From the NCBI GenBank assembly GCA_964106915.2, contig OZ066916.1: a stretch of DNA of 64,000 nucleotides. One strand, given 5' to 3'. The notes under the pieces were generated by a model, which saw only the letters and a list, made by a program, of their open reading frames with translations, was not told where the DNA came from and did no database searches. Source of the stretch: Podarcis gaigeae. Taxonomy: Eukaryota. How positions within the stretch are numbered: the first letter of the stretch is position 1; the number at the start of each line of letters is the position of its first letter. Positions 61,901 through 64,000 of this stretch are shown here, piece after piece. The translations under genes and the position numbers were made by a program.

Positions 61901-63151
61901 GGAACCACTACTTAGAACCGATTTATAATGCCTATTTAAAGCCTCTAATCTAATAGGTCTCTACCAGTGTTTCCATAGGTTTGGGGAGGTTGTCTTGATT
62001 GAGCATCACATCTGATATGGGAGCATTTCTATGCTAGGCGTGGAGGAGGGGGCGTCTCTCCTCTAGCTGCCTACCTGGTGTCTATCCTAGGCACAGAGGA
62101 AAAATGAAGCAATTCACCATATTTAGCTGCATGGAATTACTTGTCATCTATGACTGCTGGCTAATGCTTAAATAGGAGGCTGCAGTAGTTCCAATGTAGC
62201 TCTGTATATGCCAGCTAACTTCCTATCATCACAAAAATAACCCTAAGAGAACCCCAAGCTGAATAAATTGTCTCTAAATGTGGGAAAGTACTGTGTTTCT
62301 TTCCTCAATTCAAACTACATCTCTACACATTACATGGTATACTAACAGTGAAGAATAGTATGGAAAATACATCGTTTATTAGAAAGGCAGAATCAATTAT
62401 CATATCTTGTGTCACACAAAGTCTATTCCAGAGATTTGTCAAAAACCGCTAAATAATATTTATGAATTGGAATTGCATACCTTTTTTCTTCGCCTTTCTA
62501 AACTTGACAGCAGCCAGGTTTATTAGATTCATTCCATACAAGTTGTAATCTATAAAGAGCTGGAGGAGGTAGGGAATATGAGCTTCATGAGGTTGATAGT
62601 TTTTATTCATTATGGCTCCACCTTGTAGAAGCTCACACACTCTAAAATGGGGAAAAGTTAGAAATGAAACATATTACCATATTATTTAAATATAATGCTG
62701 GTTTAAACATAGCGCTGGTTAAAATATAATGCTGATCAATACTGAAACACAAGCCAAAAGTACAAAATACACTTTTTCTAGCACACAGAATTATAGCTAA
62801 GCAGTCAAATTTTTAGGCACTAAAACCATGTTCCAAAGAGCCAATTTACATGTGTTATATTTGCAGGAGCAGATATTAAAAGAAGCTGTTTGCATCTGTT
62901 TAAGCCAGAAGTTCCCAAACTATGATCCAGGAGCCACCAGTGATCCACAGATTAGAATTAGAAGCAGCAGCTTCTAAATTGTCTTTAAAGGCAGCCGCTG
63001 GGAGAATGCAATATTGAAAGGTAACAGGGAAAGTGTTATTTTCTAAAGTAGACACATCATATTTTTATTACATTACCTTTTCACCATAGCAGGATTATAA
63101 AGGTAGATCTTCATAAATTGTCTTTCTTTTTCATGGTAACCATAAAAAGGT
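13800..63151 (-). CDS. REV3L: REV3L, DNA polymerase zeta catalytic subunit (5'-partial; 30 coding exons, 9025 nt in window)
   Basis: B-family motifs DFQSLYPS, KLIANVTFGY and YGDTDS; REV7-binding motifs; CysA/CysB; C-terminus APYLRQLLDQF*. All junction phases were checked and are consistent. Confidence 0.98.
14888..15097 (-). CDS. REV3L: REV3L exon with CysA (CPVC...CSKC)
   Basis: AG/GT flanks, 210 nt. Confidence 0.95.
15846..16068. mobile_element. Tc1/mariner-type MITE
   Basis: Perfect 18-bp terminal inverted repeat (TIR) CAGTGGTACCTTGGGTTA; TA on both sides. Confidence 0.88.
16134..16380 (-). CDS. REV3L: REV3L exon (RMLAYDRRSEPRVGERVPY...WYHELPR)
   Basis: AG/GT flanks, 247 nt. Confidence 0.96.
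17390..17580 (-). CDS. REV3L: REV3L exon (MLECSIKLLFETRD...FIFAKEYRG...ALEIT)
   Basis: AG/GT flanks, 191 nt. Confidence 0.95.
17759..17896 (-). CDS. REV3L: REV3L exon (VYLPCILQTKKRYVG...KGIETVRRDSCPAVSK)
   Basis: AG/GT flanks, 138 nt. Confidence 0.96.
19053..19408 (-). mobile_element. Sauria SINE, full length, 14-bp TSD TCAAAGCATGTTAA
   Basis: tRNA-like head with A box and B box (GTTCGAATCC), (ACCTTT)n tail; TSD at 19039-19052 and 19409-19422. Confidence 0.88.
19810..19924 (-). CDS. REV3L: REV3L exon (MFVLLKGATKEQSF...NPKPVKLKFEK)
   Basis: AG/GT flanks, 115 nt. Confidence 0.95.
19959..20196. mobile_element. Tc1/mariner-type MITE (CpG-rich)
   Basis: CAGTCATACCTC...GAGGTACCACTG ends, TA TSD; homologous to 53649-53892 in inverted orientation. 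Confidence 0.85.
20400..21037 (+). mobile_element. Degenerate L2-clade LINE fragment
   Basis: LNPSRTEV...KLQLVQNSAARLLT remnant with a similar 3' tail. Confidence 0.7.
21321..21430 (-). CDS. REV3L: REV3L exon with catalytic motif C (YGDTD-S)
   Basis: IGDSIVHKARETLERAIKLVNETKKWGARVVYGDTD; 110 nt; the Ser codon is split by the intron. Confidence 0.96.
22095..22514 (+). mobile_element. L2-clade LINE 3' end
   Basis: ORF2 C-terminal remnant LVLTFKALNGLGPVYLKERL; tail GATGGGCGGGGTATAAATAATAAA(TTA)n. Confidence 0.75.
22565..22771 (-). CDS. REV3L: REV3L exon with motif B (KLIANVTFGY...GRMPCVE)
   Basis: AG/GT flanks, 207 nt. Confidence 0.96.
23628..23736 (-). CDS. REV3L: REV3L exon (YDEFKFGCTSLRV...GIAFVK)
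   Basis: AG/GT flanks, 109 nt. Confidence 0.94.
24425..24669 (-). CDS. REV3L: REV3L exon with polymerase motif A (DFQSLYPS)
   Basis: AG/GT flanks, 245 nt. Confidence 0.96.
25201..25342 (-). CDS. REV3L: REV3L exon (WKMIDYY...TSEMARLFGIQFLHVLTRGSQ)
   Basis: AAG acceptor, GTAAGC donor, 142 nt. Confidence 0.94.
25893..26231 (-). mobile_element. Sauria SINE (same subfamily, two small internal deletions)
   Basis: High similarity to 19053-19408; TSD CTATCC(C/T)AGCTATTAA. Confidence 0.88.
26915..27033 (-). CDS. REV3L: REV3L exon (VTLTNYTFENVGFHILHQRFP...WFDNKTDIY)
   Basis: AG/GT flanks, 119 nt. Confidence 0.94.
28454..28572 (-). CDS. REV3L: REV3L exon (DKKENRF...SEINIVGRVMLNIWRIMRNE)
   Basis: AG/GT flanks, 119 nt. 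Confidence 0.94.
28978..29327. mobile_element. Older pogo/Tc2-type MITE
   Basis: Degenerate CCRTATTTTTC..TGTATAAGAC ends; shares its 5' part with 30618-31053. Confidence 0.65.
30618..31053. mobile_element. Older pogo/Tc2-type MITE
   Basis: CCGTATTTTTCCATGTATAAGA...TCTTATATACAAAAAAATTGG. Confidence 0.65.
31154..31269 (-). CDS. REV3L: REV3L exon (YDPDILLGYEVQMHSWGYLLQRAAAL...)
   Basis: AG/GT flanks, 116 nt. Confidence 0.95.
32292..32438. mobile_element. hAT-like MITE
   Basis: 14-bp TIR CAGTGCTTTTTTCT; degenerate 8-bp flanks. Confidence 0.7.
34660..34850 (+). mobile_element. Old tRNA-derived SINE
   Basis: TAGTTCAGTGG A box and GGTTCAA B box with tRNA-like spacing; decayed. Confidence 0.5.
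36026..36155 (-). other. REV3L: Candidate REV3L poison cassette exon (130 nt; alternative acceptor at 36287)
   Basis: ctctctctctgactag| acceptor and CAG|GTAAGG donor; in the incoming frame it reads RKLLMRMALTKSRKPEY* (TAA 36104-36106). Confidence 0.55.
36805..36916 (-). CDS. REV3L: REV3L exon (NREHAPLLTRSGISGLEV...VNIVK)
   Basis: AG/GT flanks, 112 nt. Confidence 0.93.
38014..38082 (-). mobile_element. Short L2 3' tail
   Basis: Reverse complement of the 22444-22510 tail. Confidence 0.7.
38542..38996. mobile_element. hAT-type non-autonomous element
   Basis: TIR CAGTG(G/A)TACTCAACCT; 8-bp TSD GCCTAAAC / GTCTAAAC. Confidence 0.8.
39526..39724 (-). CDS. REV3L: REV3L exon (VQHLTLLSVELHARTRRDLEADPEFDPICALFY...)
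   Basis: 199 nt; start of the inactive exonuclease domain; weak donor G|GTTCTT. Confidence 0.92.
42105..42333. mobile_element. Tigger-like MITE
   Basis: TA-CAGGCAACC...GGCTGCCTG ends. Confidence 0.6.
42658..42783 (-). CDS. REV3L: REV3L exon (NRFTPFNAPKKETSQIEGPSLNNSYGFK...LHE)
   Basis: AG/GT flanks, 126 nt. Confidence 0.93.
43801..43883 (-). CDS. REV3L: REV3L exon (PNIQKLNPRRGRNIDAFRKVLLRTQVK)
   Basis: AG/GT flanks, 83 nt. Confidence 0.9.
43954..44280 (-). mobile_element. Sauria SINE (second subfamily), 14-bp TSD AAAGCATCCTTTAG
   Basis: Same head and core as the other copies with a different 3' region; TSD at 43940-43953 and 44282-44295. Confidence 0.87.
44635..45524 (-). CDS. REV3L: REV3L exon (890 nt) with REV7-binding motif 2
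   Basis: EIGGRLLTVETRLP...IVIMPCKCAPS (45278-45310). Confidence 0.95.
46016..46151. mobile_element. Small palindromic hAT-like MITE (GGACTACAATTCC...GGAACTGTAGTCC)
   Basis: Internal inverted repeat and degenerate TIRs; related remnants near 26650, 34100 and 40880. Confidence 0.6.
46337..50474 (-). CDS. REV3L: REV3L giant exon (4138 nt) with REV7-binding motif 1
   Basis: ORF 46333..50517; ctag|ACAATCCG acceptor, CCAAG|gtaatg donor; ILKPLMSPPSREEI near 46438-46470. Confidence 0.97.
50750..50863 (+). mobile_element. 5'-truncated BovB/RTE LINE 3' end, 12-bp TSD ACAATCTATATC
   Basis: GCCTGGCG..GTCCATGGGGTCACGAAGAGTCGGACACGACT followed by an (AAC)n tail; TSD at 50738-50749 and 50864-50875. Confidence 0.82.
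52635..52774 (-). CDS. REV3L: REV3L exon with Taspase1 site (…LSIPQLDGTADENS)
   Basis: AG/GT flanks, 140 nt; QLD/GTAD at 52645-52665. Confidence 0.93.
53649..53892. mobile_element. Tc1/mariner-type MITE, same family as 19959-20196
   Basis: CAGTGGTACCTC...GAGGTATGACTG, TA TSD. Confidence 0.85.
54215..54449 (-). CDS. REV3L: REV3L exon (DSSADQAMIHLLAGLEDDG...MSQRWD...)
   Basis: AG/GT flanks, 235 nt. Confidence 0.93.
54928..55053 (-). CDS. REV3L: REV3L exon (ESNRKYKEEEALINEEAILNIMENSQ...PVF)
   Basis: AG/GT flanks, 126 nt. Confidence 0.9.
56033..56181 (-). CDS. REV3L: REV3L exon (TLSGSLDYSNGSQEFSAELTLHSE...)
   Basis: AAG acceptor, GTTAGT donor, 149 nt. Confidence 0.9.
56265..56349 (-). CDS. 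REV3L: REV3L exon (RGFVTATESEKIFQKRLKEILKQSDLS)
   Basis: AAG acceptor, GTAAGC donor, 85 nt. Confidence 0.9.
57549..57653 (-). CDS. REV3L: REV3L exon (QVGRNPGLQAIWDDEKQRRR...)
   Basis: AG/GT flanks, 105 nt. Confidence 0.93.
57835..57929 (-). CDS. REV3L: REV3L exon (SLILEGVEPQSTCELEVDAVAADILNRLDIE)
   Basis: AG/GT flanks, 95 nt. Confidence 0.94.
58313..58852. mobile_element. pogo/Tc2-type non-autonomous DNA transposon
   Basis: TIR CCGTATTTTTCGC(T/C)CTATA, TA TSD, internal ~50-bp G-rich direct repeat. Confidence 0.85.
58925..58992. repeat. Perfect 34-bp tandem duplication
   Basis: ACATCTGTTCTGAAGTGCCTCGGGGCAGACCTTC x2. Confidence 0.92.
59035..59327. mobile_element. Tc1/mariner-type MITE with internal GCAAGACG repeats
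   Basis: TIR CAGTGGTGCC(C/T)CGCAAGACGAA; TA present on the right side only. Confidence 0.82.
60093..60189 (-). CDS. REV3L: REV3L exon (DVLEESGSY...LLQWENNQIP)
   Basis: AG/GT flanks, 97 nt, phases fit both neighbours; divergent sequence. Confidence 0.85.
62481..62641 (-). CDS. REV3L: REV3L exon (VCELLQGG...PHEAHIPYLLQLFIDYNLYGMN...)
   Basis: AG/GT flanks, 161 nt. Confidence 0.95.
63077..63151 (-). CDS. REV3L: REV3L exon (PFYGYHEKERQFMKIYLYNPAMVK)
   Basis: AG/GT flanks, 75 nt, N-terminal domain. Confidence 0.93.
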
Positions 63152-63699
63152 CTGGAAAACAAATATTGAGTAAGGTGTAAGGTTATTGTTTGTCCCATGA
63201 TCTGTATGCTGAACAACCCTATTGTAGTAAATGGCAGTTCAGCACTTTAGACCTTCCACTAAGCTCCATATTTGGATATCCTCTATGCATCATAATTATG
63301 GCTGTTTGCTAGTCCTACATGAGGGGCATTTTATCATCCAAAATCTATGTAGTAAATGGACCAGAGTGAATCACAGGATTTGAAAGATAAGACTTTGCTT
63401 ACTAACACAATCCTAGATGGCTTTAAAACAAATCTTTCGCATATGTGTCTCAAACTATCCAGGAAATATTACAAAAGCTTACCAAAAATATAGTATGTTA
63501 AAGAATACAGCACAAGTGTACTGGAAACCTATGTAGTCGATATATTTAATTATTTTGTTTAATAAATTTATAGCCCACTTTTTAAAAAAAAATCTTCAGA
63601 GAAAGAAAAGTTGGGGTTGAATTAAACTCAGGACATCAAATTTACATGGCATCAAAAGGGGAACTAAACTGGTGAGCGAGTGGGAATTGAAATGACTTA

Positions 63700-63995
63700 C
63701 TGGGAGGGGGAAAGTTGTTCTCTTCTGTGTATAAGGATACTAACAAGTATTGTCAACTCAAAGCCTTCGCAGAAGTATTTTTAATACACCTTTCTTCAAG
63801 TTACAAGAAGGGAGATTCTTACTAAACATTGGGAAGAACTTTCTGACAATAAGACTTGTTTGAGAGTGCAACATACTCCCCCAGGTGGTTGTAGATTCTC
63901 ATGGCCATCTGTCATGGATACTTTAGTTGAGAGTCCTGTATTTAAGGAGTTTGGACTAGATGATTCTCAGGATCCCTTTCAATTCTATGATTCTA
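63700..63995 (+). mobile_element. CR1 LINE 3' end
   Basis: GGACTAGATGA..GATCCCTTTCAATTCTATGATTCTA terminal signature. Confidence 0.7.
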
Positions 63996-64000
63996 AATCC

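Overview
Vertebrate genomic DNA, most likely from a squamate (probably a lacertid lizard, inferred from Sauria SINE, BovB and lizard-type L2/CR1 repeats). It holds two convergent protein-coding genes. (1) MFSD4B/SLC60A2 (KIAA1919/NAGLT1-like MFS transporter) is complete on the + strand: 4 coding exons at 3391-10142, 611 aa, driven by a CpG-island promoter. (2) REV3L (catalytic subunit of DNA polymerase zeta) is on the - strand. I traced 30 consecutive phase-consistent GT-AG coding exons from 63151 to the TAG at 13800 (9025 nt, about 3007 codons), including a 4138-nt giant exon; the first ~110 codons lie beyond the right edge. The first ~1.8 kb looks like the 3' UTR of an upstream gene (SLC16A10 by synteny only). 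Introns carry Sauria SINEs with target-site duplications (TSDs), a truncated BovB, L2/CR1 fragments and many Tc1/mariner- and hAT-type MITEs. The best novel candidate is a stop-containing (poison) cassette exon in REV3L at 36026-36155, with a second in-frame acceptor at 36287. Its 5' splice site sits in the apical loop of a long RNA hairpin, suggesting a structure-controlled NMD switch for Pol zeta. All coordinates were derived by hand; no database searches were run.
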